A stretch of 64,000 nucleotides of DNA, taken from Pirellulales bacterium (GTDB taxonomy: Bacteria > Planctomycetota > Planctomycetia > Pirellulales > JAICIG01). How positions within the stretch are numbered: position 1 is the first letter of the stretch; the number at the start of each line of letters is the position of its first letter. The DNA is taken from positions 72,023 to 136,022 of the forward strand of contig DASZTS010000072.1 in NCBI GenBank assembly GCA_035547915.1, given 5' to 3'. The position numbers and the translations under genes are program-made. The notes under the pieces are model-generated. The model saw only the letters and a list, made by a program, of their open reading frames with translations. It did not search any database and had not been told where the DNA came from. Below are positions 49,100 to 57,190 of this stretch, piece after piece.

Positions 49100-49179
49100 C
49101 TTCGAGCGTACGGGCGGCGAGCGGATCGGCTCAATCGCCCACGGGCAAATGCACTCTACTTCTTGTCATCGCTGGCCGC

Positions 49180-49208
49180 ATGTTAAGACATTTTGTCTGT
49201 AGTGTCAA
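49180..49208 (-). promoter_or_regulatory. Sigma-70-like promoter with embedded inverted repeat (copy P3)
   Basis: The minus strand reads TTGACA-ctac-AGACA-aaa-TGTCT-TAACAT, with the same -35 and the same 4-nt spacer to the IR as P1. It lies ~80 nt upstream of the 49099 start and ~25 nt downstream of the family member 4 stop. Confidence 0.5.
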
Positions 49209-49231
49209 GAGGCGGCTCTCAAAACTTTTTC

Positions 49232-50095
49232 TTACTCCGCCTTGGGCTTTTCCCGGATCTCGGCGACGAGCCAGGTGTAAGGCTCACGCGGAGTCGACGC
49301 ATCACCGGGGCCGACCGTCCAGATTTCGCGGTCGCGATAACGTACGGCCAACTTGTAGTCCGAAAACCGCCCCAGGCAGTATTGCCATTTGTATTCTCCG
49401 TCGACGCGGCGGGCCTCGATCAGAATGAGTACTTCGGGATCGGTTCCCTGGGTGAGCGTGAAGAGGGCGCCGTCGAGCACCTCTTCGGTCTCGTCCAATG
49501 CGTAGCGGTAGAGAGGATTGGACAACAACCGCAACTCCCAACGCCCTCCGTCGGGACCGATGCTATTGCCGGTGAACCCGCCAGCCAGCGTCTTGATCTG
49601 CCGCAGCCGCTGCGCCGCCCCGGTGGCCGGTTCCGGTGCGTCGGGCAGCGCAGCGCGTTCGACCCCTTTGGCCGGCGACCAGACGGTGCGGTCACGCCAC
49701 ACCGCCTCGAGCGGGCCGTCGGTGAAGGAGTGGAACTCGTGTTGCACCACGCGCATACCGTCTGATTGCGGCCAGGCGAAAATCGTTCCGACCACGGCGA
49801 CGCGGCCCCGATCGAGCCACACGTAGACCGCCCCATCGTCACCGCCGCGCACGGGCTGCGTCCAACGAAAAACGGGCGGCAGATGCAACGTATAGGGATG
49901 GTCCGACTTGCCCGGCGACGCAATCCGATAGTCGGCGGCCATTTCCTTGAAGATCGGTTGCCAACCCGAGTTCTTGATGCCCGGCGAGTCGTCCGCCTTC
50001 TGCGCCACCTGGCCGGACTCTTCGCCGCTTGCGACGGGCAGCCACGCGAGCAAGCCGAGCAGGACGGGTAATAAGGACCAATGGTTGATGTGCAT
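49232..50095 (-). CDS. Unrecognised secreted protein family, member 4 of 5
   Basis: ORF 49232..50149; the ATG at 50095 gives MHINHWSLLPVLLGLLAWLPVASGEE (signal). Family motifs: PPVFRWTQPVRGGDDGAVYVWLDRGRVAVVGTIF, QHEFHSFTDGPL, RLRQIKTLAGGF, WELRLLSNPLYRY, DGALFTLTQGTDPEVLILIEA and KWQYCLGR..DREIWT. Confidence 0.85.
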   Translation of the reverse strand: MHINHWSLLPVLLGLLAWLPVASGEESGQVAQKADDSPGIKNSGWQPIFKEMAADYRIASPGKSDHPYTLHLPPVFRWTQPVRGGDDGAVYVWLDRGRVAVVGTIFAWPQSDGMRVVQHEFHSFTDGPLEAVWRDRTVWSPAKGVERAALPDAPEPATGAAQRLRQIKTLAGGFTGNSIGPDGGRWELRLLSNPLYRYALDETEEVLDGALFTLTQGTDPEVLILIEARRVDGEYKWQYCLGRFSDYKLAVRYRDREIWTVGPGDASTPREPYTWLVAEIREKPKAE

Positions 50096-50203
50096 AATCT
50101 TGCCTTTCGAAGGGGTGATCGGCGCCGACGCTGGGTGCCTGTCAAACACTGCGGCGCTTTGCGCCCGAAAATGACGAGGCCATTTGTAAATGGTGGCGGC
50201 TGC

Positions 50204-51070
50204 CTATTCTTCGATCTTCGTGGTCACGGTGTGGTAGGTCGCATACACGCTTTCCTGGTATTTCGTGGTCCCGATGTCGAGTGTGCTGATGTCGTCGGGC
50301 ATCGGCTCCGCGTGCCAGACTTCGCGCCCCTGGTAGGCGACGCGCAGGTCGACGAAATGGTAACGCGCGAGCGCATAGCGCCACGCACGCCCGTCCAGGT
50401 CCGCCTCCAACATCAAAATGACTTCGGGGTCGGTGCCGAGAGAGAAGCTGAAGAGAGCGCCGTCGATCTTCTTGTCGTTCGATTCGTAGTGCAGCAGGGG
50501 CTGCGGCAGCAGCCGCAATTCGTCTTTCTTGCCATGAGCCTCTTCGATCTTGGCCGAAAACCAGCGGGCCACCGTTTTCATCTGCGACAAGCGCGCGCGG
50601 GGCGTGGCCGGCACCGCCGGATCGTCGGGAACGGGTTCGAAGGTCACGCCTGCTTTACGCGGCGCCCACACCCGACGCCCCTGGTAGACCGCCGTGATCG
50701 GCCCTGCGGCCAGCGAGTGATACTCGTGCTTGCGATAGATCGTGTTTTGCAGCCGATAGGTGAAGATCGACCCGATCACCTGCGGACGGCCGTCGAGCAA
50801 CCACACGAACACCGCACCGTCTTCGCCCGTGCGCGCCGGGTTGCCCCAGTGCAAGAGGGGCTCCTCGGCCAGTGCAAATGCTCGCCCGGGATGCGCGTCG
50901 AGCCGCATCACATATTGCTTCGCGTCGGCCTTGAACTCGTCGATGGCGGTGGTCGATCCAGCCGCCGGCTTCGCTTTCTCCTCCTTCGCCGCGGCCCCGG
51001 CGGTCGGAGCCGCTGAAACCGTCTGGCCGGCCAAGATCGTCGCGACGGCAACACGTGCTAGCAGTAACAT
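50204..51070 (-). CDS. Unrecognised secreted protein family, member 5 of 5
   Basis: Signal-like MLLLARVAVATILAGQTVSAAP. Family motifs: EPLLHWGNPARTGEDGAVFVWLLDGRPQVIGSIF, HEYHSLAAGPI, RLSQMKTVARWF, ELRLLPQPLLHY, DGALFSFSLGTDPEVILMLEA and AWRYALAR..GREVWH. Confidence 0.85.
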   Translation of the reverse strand: MLLLARVAVATILAGQTVSAAPTAGAAAKEEKAKPAAGSTTAIDEFKADAKQYVMRLDAHPGRAFALAEEPLLHWGNPARTGEDGAVFVWLLDGRPQVIGSIFTYRLQNTIYRKHEYHSLAAGPITAVYQGRRVWAPRKAGVTFEPVPDDPAVPATPRARLSQMKTVARWFSAKIEEAHGKKDELRLLPQPLLHYESNDKKIDGALFSFSLGTDPEVILMLEADLDGRAWRYALARYHFVDLRVAYQGREVWHAEPMPDDISTLDIGTTKYQESVYATYHTVTTKIEE

Positions 51071-51117
51071 GGTCGGGCTCGCAGGGCGAAGTGAAGGGCT
51101 GTCGGGCCGGCGATCTT

Positions 51118-51147
51118 AATTTAGACACAGTGTCTTTATCTTTGCAA
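51118..51147 (-). promoter_or_regulatory. Sigma-70-like promoter with embedded inverted repeat (copy P2)
   Basis: The minus strand reads TTGCAA-agataa-AGACA-ctg-TGTCT-AAATT. This gives -35 TTGCAA, 18-nt spacing and -10 TAAATT. The IR is a perfect AGACAC-a-GTGTCT. It lies ~48 nt upstream of the ATG at 51070. Confidence 0.5.
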
Positions 51148-51205
51148 GCCCCGGTCCCATCTGAGAGCGGTGCGAAGGACCGTGTTAGCTGGAAAGAGAT
51201 GCCGC

Positions 51206-54200
51206 CTAAGGAAGCGGCGCTGCCGCGCCTGCGGCGCCGGCCGGGCCGGGCGCGGCATCTGCCATCGGTTTGAAGAGCGTTTCCAGTTGGGTTTCCATGG
51301 CTTTACCGCCGCCGATAAACACGCGCAGCACACGCCCGTCGGCGCCGATGACCACCGTGTAGGGAATGGCCGTTGCGCCGTAGCGGGCGGCGACCGAGCC
51401 GTCGCGGTCGAGCGCCGTCGCGACGTCGAGCCCGAGGCGCTTGAGGGCCTCTCGCGCCTCGTCGGACGACTGCCGCAGGTTGACCGTAACAAGCTTGACT
51501 TCGCTCTGCGGGAGTCGGTCAACGGTGCGGACAAGTTTGGGGAGTCCGGCGACACACGGCGCGCACCACGAAGCCCAGAAGTCGAGCACCACGCCCCGGC
51601 CCCGCTGTTGCGACAGGCGGAACTTGCTGCCGTCCAGCAGATCGAGTTCGAAATCGGGTGCGAGCTGCCCCACCAACGGAGAGGCGGCGCCCGCGTCGGC
51701 CGGCTGGCCGTTCTCCTGGAAGGCCAGCGGATCGGGCGCCGGCGTCAGCAGCCAGTCGTGGTAGGCGAGTTGCGTCGAGGCCTGGAGCGCCCGTTCGCCG
51801 AGCAGCAACGTGTTCAGGCGGTCGAGCGGCAGATTGCAATCACCGAGTACCTCGTTTACGCCGGCGATCACGAATTCGTCGATCTCCCGGACGGCGAACG
51901 TCAGTCGCGTACCGTCGCTCGTGACCGCGTAGGCACGGTTGTTCGGCGGCACACGTTTCTCGACATCTTGTTCAGCAGTACCTTGTTCAGCGGTGGCTCG
52001 GTCGGCGGTGGCTCGGTCGGCAGCCTCGCCGGGAACCTGCGGGTGTAGCCAGATGATGGCCGCGATCCGTTCACGTGGGAATTGGCGCTCGGCCTCTCCG
52101 AGCGCGAACCGGAGGGTCTCGTCCGATAGTTCGAGTAAGCGGCCGCGCAGGCAGTCGCCATTGGCGGCGCACAGCACATGCGTCGGCGGGTCGTCGCGAT
52201 TGAGTCGCGGTAACGTGAGCAGCCGCGAGATCTTCTCGCGGTCGAGCGCCACGTGATTCGGAGCCGCGCCTGCTTGCGGATTCTGAGGATGCTCTTGCAC
52301 AGGCCGGCTCCAAGCCACCCTGCTCAGATTGATCGCCTTGACGCTGCCGTGCGCGATCCGCTTCTCGGCCGATGCCGTGCGGCAGGTGACGCCGCGGTCG
52401 TCGATGTGCGTCACGTGGCACCGGAAGGTGTCGCCGGTGGCCAGGTAAATCGTATCGTGTTCGCTCGCGGGGCCGTTCCCGTGCTCGACGGTCGCATTCG
52501 GGCCCGGCCTTTCGACACCCTGCGGCTGCGGTACCGGGCGGGTGAGGGCGCGGTTGAATATCGGTTCCTTGGCGTCGGTGCCTAAGTTCCCGGCGCCGCG
52601 CGTCGAGCCGAAACGGGCCAGCGATTGGGCCGTGATGGTGGCCGAGACGTCGTCGCGCAGTGGGCTCGCGACGCCCGAGCCCGAGGGGAGCCAGCTCACG
52701 GCGTTCTGTCCCGGTTCGGCCCGACCCGGTGACAACCGGCCGTGCAGCCGGCAACCATCACAACGCAGCAGCAGCGGGCGGCTGGGAAGATCGGCCGGGG
52801 CTTCGTAAGAAAAGACCAGGTTGGCCAGGGCGACCACCGGCACACTCGGGCTGGCCAGCGGCGCCGAGTTGATCGCCCGGCTATCGATCGCCAGCCGTTC
52901 GCCGTCGATGCCGGCGAACCAACCGCTCAAGCGCGTGCCGTCGACACACGATACACGCAGGGGCGTGGTCTCCGCTTCCGCCGCGGGATTACCGAAGAAG
53001 ACTCGCGACACCTGCTCGTCGCTGCACGAGACCGGGCCCTGTTCGGTCGTGATCATAAACTCTCGTCGGTCCGCGTCGTAACCGGCGATCGCGCCACGCA
53101 CGACCGCGCCGTCGACGCGGTGCAATTCGGGTTGCGTTGCCGCCGGAGAGAGCGGACCACTTCCACTACAGATGCGTAGCCGCTCCAAGCACAAACCGCC
53201 CCGCTTGTGCTCGAGCAGCACACCGGGCAAGACGCGCGGAGCATCGACCTTCACCTGCACGGTCGCCAGCGACACGCCGGCGGGCGAGAAGACCTCGGCG
53301 CGCTGCTCCGATTGGTCGAGCACCACGCGCAGATGAACATGGTCGCGGTCGGAGCCGGCCGACAGCGTCATGACCCGCGCCACGTCAATGTCGTGTTCGG
53401 TTTCGTACACCGCGATCACGTCCTGATCGACCACTTCCAGCCGAAAACCGCCCGGCCGAGCTCCCGGAGCGTCGCCCACGCCGAGCGACAGGCGAAACAC
53501 GGGAGGGAAGAGGGACGAGACGTCGAATTCGATGAACGCCCGAGGTGGCAGTTCGATCTTGCGATAGATCGATGCTCCATCCTTATCGGTCGAAAGCTGA
53601 TTCTCTTGATCTTGCCAGCTCGCCTGGCCGGGCGACACCTGCCATTCCACGAGGCCGTTGGGGCCGAGATAGACCAGCCCGTCCGACTTGCAGCGCTCAA
53701 GGCAGCGGACGCCCGTGCATCTGACGCGCACTTCGCCGGCCAACGACGATCGAAACAGCACGTGATCGTTGCCGATCGACAGGATCTCACCGTACAACAC
53801 GTCGCCGTTCGTCAACTCCAGCCGGTAGTCGTGCTCGCGCCAGCCGGGGGCCGCCTCGGAGACCGGAAAACGCACACGCGTCACCGCGCACAGGTCGAAC
53901 GCGAACGGACGGATGAAATCGGCCGACTGCCAGCCAAACTTGTCGGCTTGATCGACTTCCACCGGCGTGCCGGCCAGCCAATCGTCCCCCTGCAAAGACA
54001 GGATGGGAACGTCCGAAGGGGGAGCCGGTTCTTCGGCGGCGGCCGGCATCACCCTCGCGCGGCCGCTAGTACCCAGATCGTTGATGACGCCGATCGACGG
54101 CTGCCCCACCCGTTGCCTTTGCGCGGTAGCAACCGTCGGTGAGGCCACCAGCACGACCAACGCGGCAAGTGCCGCAACCTGGCGTGAAGACGGCGCGCTC

Positions 54201-54211
54201 GGCCGAAACAC
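51206..54211 (-). CDS. Large secreted protein with a C-terminal TlpA/redoxin-like thioredoxin domain (WCAPC)
   Basis: Track ORF 51206..54682 has an implausible N-terminus that reads through the upstream gene and repeat C. The GTG at ~54211 gives (M)FRPSAPSSRQVAALAALVVLVASPTVATAQ (signal). The C-terminus reads LAPDFELDLLDGSKFRLSQQRGRGVVLDFWASWCAPCVAGLPKL..AIPYTVVIGADGRV. The ~800 aa N-terminal part is unrecognised. The start position is a guess. Confidence 0.7.
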   Translation of the reverse strand: MFRPSAPSSRQVAALAALVVLVASPTVATAQRQRVGQPSIGVINDLGTSGRARVMPAAAEEPAPPSDVPILSLQGDDWLAGTPVEVDQADKFGWQSADFIRPFAFDLCAVTRVRFPVSEAAPGWREHDYRLELTNGDVLYGEILSIGNDHVLFRSSLAGEVRVRCTGVRCLERCKSDGLVYLGPNGLVEWQVSPGQASWQDQENQLSTDKDGASIYRKIELPPRAFIEFDVSSLFPPVFRLSLGVGDAPGARPGGFRLEVVDQDVIAVYETEHDIDVARVMTLSAGSDRDHVHLRVVLDQSEQRAEVFSPAGVSLATVQVKVDAPRVLPGVLLEHKRGGLCLERLRICSGSGPLSPAATQPELHRVDGAVVRGAIAGYDADRREFMITTEQGPVSCSDEQVSRVFFGNPAAEAETTPLRVSCVDGTRLSGWFAGIDGERLAIDSRAINSAPLASPSVPVVALANLVFSYEAPADLPSRPLLLRCDGCRLHGRLSPGRAEPGQNAVSWLPSGSGVASPLRDDVSATITAQSLARFGSTRGAGNLGTDAKEPIFNRALTRPVPQPQGVERPGPNATVEHGNGPASEHDTIYLATGDTFRCHVTHIDDRGVTCRTASAEKRIAHGSVKAINLSRVAWSRPVQEHPQNPQAGAAPNHVALDREKISRLLTLPRLNRDDPPTHVLCAANGDCLRGRLLELSDETLRFALGEAERQFPRERIAAIIWLHPQVPGEAADRATADRATAEQGTAEQDVEKRVPPNNRAYAVTSDGTRLTFAVREIDEFVIAGVNEVLGDCNLPLDRLNTLLLGERALQASTQLAYHDWLLTPAPDPLAFQENGQPADAGAASPLVGQLAPDFELDLLDGSKFRLSQQRGRGVVLDFWASWCAPCVAGLPKLVRTVDRLPQSEVKLVTVNLRQSSDEAREALKRLGLDVATALDRDGSVAARYGATAIPYTVVIGADGRVLRVFIGGGKAMETQLETLFKPMADAAPGPAGAAGAAAPLP

Positions 54212-54229
54212 GCTCGAGCTGCTTGAAGA

Positions 54230-54324
54230 AACCGACGAAACTGGACCGAGCTCCGAAAAAATTGGGGTTTCACCGCCGATTTTTCGTCCACGGCGCTCCG
54301 ACTTCCGGGTTTTGTCAGCCGTTC
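54230..54324 (+). repeat. Intergenic ~95-bp repeat, copy C
   Basis: aaccgacgaaactggaccgagctccgaaaaaattggggtttcaccgccgatttttcgtccacggcgctccgacttccgggttttgtcagccgttc. The hairpin is kept with a G-U-compatible change (AAAAATTGG/CCGATTTTT). It fills the gap between the 54330 stop and the ~54211 start. Confidence 0.7.
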
Positions 54325-54329
54325 TCGGG

Positions 54330-55394
54330 TTAACGTTCATAAATCGGCAAAAAGCGGTAGTTGACGGCGAGTACCAGGAGCGACATCGAGGTGCCATAAG
54401 CGGGGCCGAAGGGGGATGTGAAGCTGCCGTCGGGCTGCTGGCCCGCAACCAGCCGTCGGATCTGGCCATTATTCCAACGTTCCCACGCGTCGAGATCGCC
54501 CTGGTAGAGGGCTTGGGCCTGATAATAGAAGGTGTATTCGTCGTTGTGGTTCCGGCCCTGCCCCCGCTCGTGCCTGAGGAAATCGAGGGTGGCCTTGTAT
54601 TCCGTGAGATCTTTGCGGCGGGCGACGGCAAAGACGAGCGTGGCGATCGACGACCGGGCCGCCGAGTCGCCCGGCGCACCACCGATGCCCGAATATCCGA
54701 CGCTGCCGTCGGCCCCGGTCGACTGCCGGTAATAGGCCAGCGCCCGCTCGATCGCCTGGTCGGGCACCTCGATGCCCGCGTTGCGCGCGGCGAGCAGCCC
54801 CACGAGCACTGCGCCGCTCACCGATGTGTCGGCGTCGCGCGCATTGGGGGAATACCTCCATCCGCCGAACGGATTCTGCTTCTGCGATGTCAGCGCGCAC
54901 CGAACCGCCAGCTCGAGCGCTTGACCCACGGATCGCCCGGCCGCCGGCCGGGCTGCGGCGGCGGCGGTACGGCCCGCATCCCAGAGATGATCGTCGTCGA
55001 CCGTCCCGTATGCCTCAGCGAGCGCCAACATGGCGAAGCCGTGGTGATACATATTGCCCGGTCCGATGCAGCCGTTCACCGCGTCTTGTGCCGAGATGAT
55101 GCTGCGCAGCGCCGCGCGCACGTGCGAGGCATAGGGTCCGAAATTGGGATCTTCTCCCGAGGCCAGGAGCGTCATCAGGCAGAGTCCGCTGACGCCGGGA
55201 CCGCTGTGCGCATCGGTCCCCCAGTCGCCACCCGGTCCCTGCGAGGTCGCCAAGTATTTCAAGCCGCGCTCGTAGATGGTGCGCACTTCGTGCGGCACGG
55301 CACTTCCTTGCCGCAATTCGGGCAGTTGGGCCCGCGCTGTGGCGGCCAGGGTGAGTAGCAAGAACCCGCTAAGAAGGCTACGTTTCGTCGGCAT
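54330..55394 (-). CDS. Secreted prenyltransferase/squalene-oxidase-repeat (terpenoid-cyclase-fold) protein
   Basis: ORF 54330..55448; the ATG at 55394 gives MPTKRSLLSGFLLLTLAATARAQ (signal). It contains YERGLKYLATSQGPGGDWG, GLCLMTLLASGEDP, MYHHGFAMLALAEAYG, QKQNPFGGWRY and AGQQPDGSF. Confidence 0.7.
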   Translation of the reverse strand: MPTKRSLLSGFLLLTLAATARAQLPELRQGSAVPHEVRTIYERGLKYLATSQGPGGDWGTDAHSGPGVSGLCLMTLLASGEDPNFGPYASHVRAALRSIISAQDAVNGCIGPGNMYHHGFAMLALAEAYGTVDDDHLWDAGRTAAAAARPAAGRSVGQALELAVRCALTSQKQNPFGGWRYSPNARDADTSVSGAVLVGLLAARNAGIEVPDQAIERALAYYRQSTGADGSVGYSGIGGAPGDSAARSSIATLVFAVARRKDLTEYKATLDFLRHERGQGRNHNDEYTFYYQAQALYQGDLDAWERWNNGQIRRLVAGQQPDGSFTSPFGPAYGTSMSLLVLAVNYRFLPIYER

Positions 55395-55504
55395 AGGCCG
55401 CGTGTTGCCGAAGCAGAACCTCGCTGCGCACACATACCGATTTTGCATCGTCTATCTACCCCTGAGCGATTGCCGAAAGACTCGTTCGTCGCATGGCATA
55501 ACCT

Positions 55505-57190
55505 CTAAAACATGCCGCCGCCGGCCGCTGGAACGGGAGCTTGTGGTCGCGTATCGACTTGCCGAATCTCTTCGATCAGTAGTGCCTGCCGGCTGCCGAT
55601 CGCCGGCCATTGCTCCTCATACAAATAGGGGTGCCACCACTCGTCGGGCAATGTGGCGATGCGCCGCACCGACTCGATGCGCCAGTCGCCCTCTGCGGCG
55701 TCGCCACCTTCTACCAAGCGGTTGTTCAGAGCCGTCGAAAGATCGACGCACTGTTGCGAAGTCAGCGCGGCAGCGCGCTCGAAGCCGACGACGACCGCAT
55801 CGACCAGGGACCGTCGCTGCAATTCGCGACGCTCGCGCTCGGCGATCATTAACCGTCGCTTCTGGTCGTCGCATAGTCGTCCCTGGAGGGTCTTTTGAAG
55901 ACTCGAAGTCGCAGTGCCAAAAATATCCCGCCCCGTTCGCCCGATGCCTCCGGTCGCATTCACCTTCTGCACGACAATCTTTTCACCTTCGGCCAGGTTC
56001 TGCGGCAGCGCGGCGCGTTGTTCCATCAGTTGGCCGATATCGAGTTTGCCCGCCAGCAACAACTTTTCACGTTGCGCGTCGGTAAGGCCGCAGGCGGCGT
56101 GGACATCGTCGATGCGAAGTTGCAAATGCTCCATTAAGAGCCGCCGCAGGTCTTCTATTGCCGGGCCGCGGCGCACGATCCGCCTTTCCACCCGTGCCAT
56201 CTGCTGAATCGGCGCGGCTTGGTTCGCGCCCTGGACCGCGACCGGCACCATCACCGCCTTCTGGACAAAAACCACCTCGTGGTGTCCATCCATCATCTGC
56301 CTGTAAGCGCCCGATTGACGCGCGGTCAGAGCGGCGTCCAAGATCGCGGTGGGGACCTCACGGAGATACGCTTCATCGCCCGTGAGCCAAAAGAGTTGTT
56401 CTGTCGGATCGACCGCCGGATGCGCTCCATCGTTGAGCGGCAAGGGATCGTCTATCAGCTTCTCGCCCAGGTCCCTTCGCTGATCGTCGGACAGCAACAG
56501 CACTTCGTCGACCAAGGCGACCTGGATCTGTGCACGTGCGCGCTTACGGAAGGCCTCTAGTCGCCGTTGCTCGACATCGTATTTGCGCCAAGCATCGGGC
56601 CAGGTACCTTGTACGATCTTGGCGAGCTCCCGGCGAACGGTCCTGCTGGGTGCGGCCGCGCCATCCTGACCGAAATCGTTGGGCACGGCCGCGAGCTTTC
56701 CCCCGGCGACCACCACATTAAAGCCATTGGCCACCGGCACGGCCGCCCCTCGGATGGCAACAACTCTCCGTTTTAGGCCATTGTTGGCAACTTGCCGCCG
56801 AAGCTGTACCGCGAATTCTTCGCCCAGCGCGTCGATCGCGGCGCGACCGTCCTGTTCCAACGAAGCCACCTGTTGATGGTCGAGTTCGCAGACGTTTTGC
56901 AGAAACCGAAGTTCCAGGGGCAGGCACTCGCGCAACGGGTGCGTGTACTGCTTGCCCACGTCGGCCCATTGCTCGTCCGTCAAATTGGCGTCAACTCCGA
57001 TTCGGATCGCGCCGACCACTTGTGCCCAACCTGCACCGGCCATCACCAGCCAGAGGAGACCCGCGAGGACCAGCCGATTCCTCAGCCGCGGCGCCACCTC
57101 GGCCAAGCCGCGGGTAGGACCGCGCGACGGCCACCGCATACGGACGGGCCATCGGCAGATCGTTGAAGTGCGAAGGATGGCGCTCGTCAC
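55505..57190 (-). CDS. Hypothetical helical protein with an N-terminal TM/signal
   Basis: 561-aa ORF. The GTG at 57190 overlaps the upstream stop (GTGA); an alternative ATG lies at 57139. Hydrophobic LVLAGLLWLVMAGAGWAQ. I recognise no family. Confidence 0.6.
   Translation of the reverse strand: MTSAILRTSTICRWPVRMRWPSRGPTRGLAEVAPRLRNRLVLAGLLWLVMAGAGWAQVVGAIRIGVDANLTDEQWADVGKQYTHPLRECLPLELRFLQNVCELDHQQVASLEQDGRAAIDALGEEFAVQLRRQVANNGLKRRVVAIRGAAVPVANGFNVVVAGGKLAAVPNDFGQDGAAAPSRTVRRELAKIVQGTWPDAWRKYDVEQRRLEAFRKRARAQIQVALVDEVLLLSDDQRRDLGEKLIDDPLPLNDGAHPAVDPTEQLFWLTGDEAYLREVPTAILDAALTARQSGAYRQMMDGHHEVVFVQKAVMVPVAVQGANQAAPIQQMARVERRIVRRGPAIEDLRRLLMEHLQLRIDDVHAACGLTDAQREKLLLAGKLDIGQLMEQRAALPQNLAEGEKIVVQKVNATGGIGRTGRDIFGTATSSLQKTLQGRLCDDQKRRLMIAERERRELQRRSLVDAVVVGFERAAALTSQQCVDLSTALNNRLVEGGDAAEGDWRIESVRRIATLPDEWWHPYLYEEQWPAIGSRQALLIEEIRQVDTRPQAPVPAAGGGMF

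Noticed and set aside
50096-50203. Small GGCGC-aaa-GCGCC hairpin and a TTGACA hexamer between family members 5 and 4
   Set aside because: The stem is only 5 bp with no U-tract, and the TTGACA has no acceptable -10 at 16-19 nt. That is insufficient for a terminator or promoter call.
54212-54682. N-terminal ~157 codons of track ORF 51206..54682
   Set aside because: This stretch reads through the 3' end of the upstream gene and through repeat copy C (the peptide ..RKSERRGRKIGGETPIFSE.. is the repeat translated). A signal peptide appears only after the GTG at ~54211.
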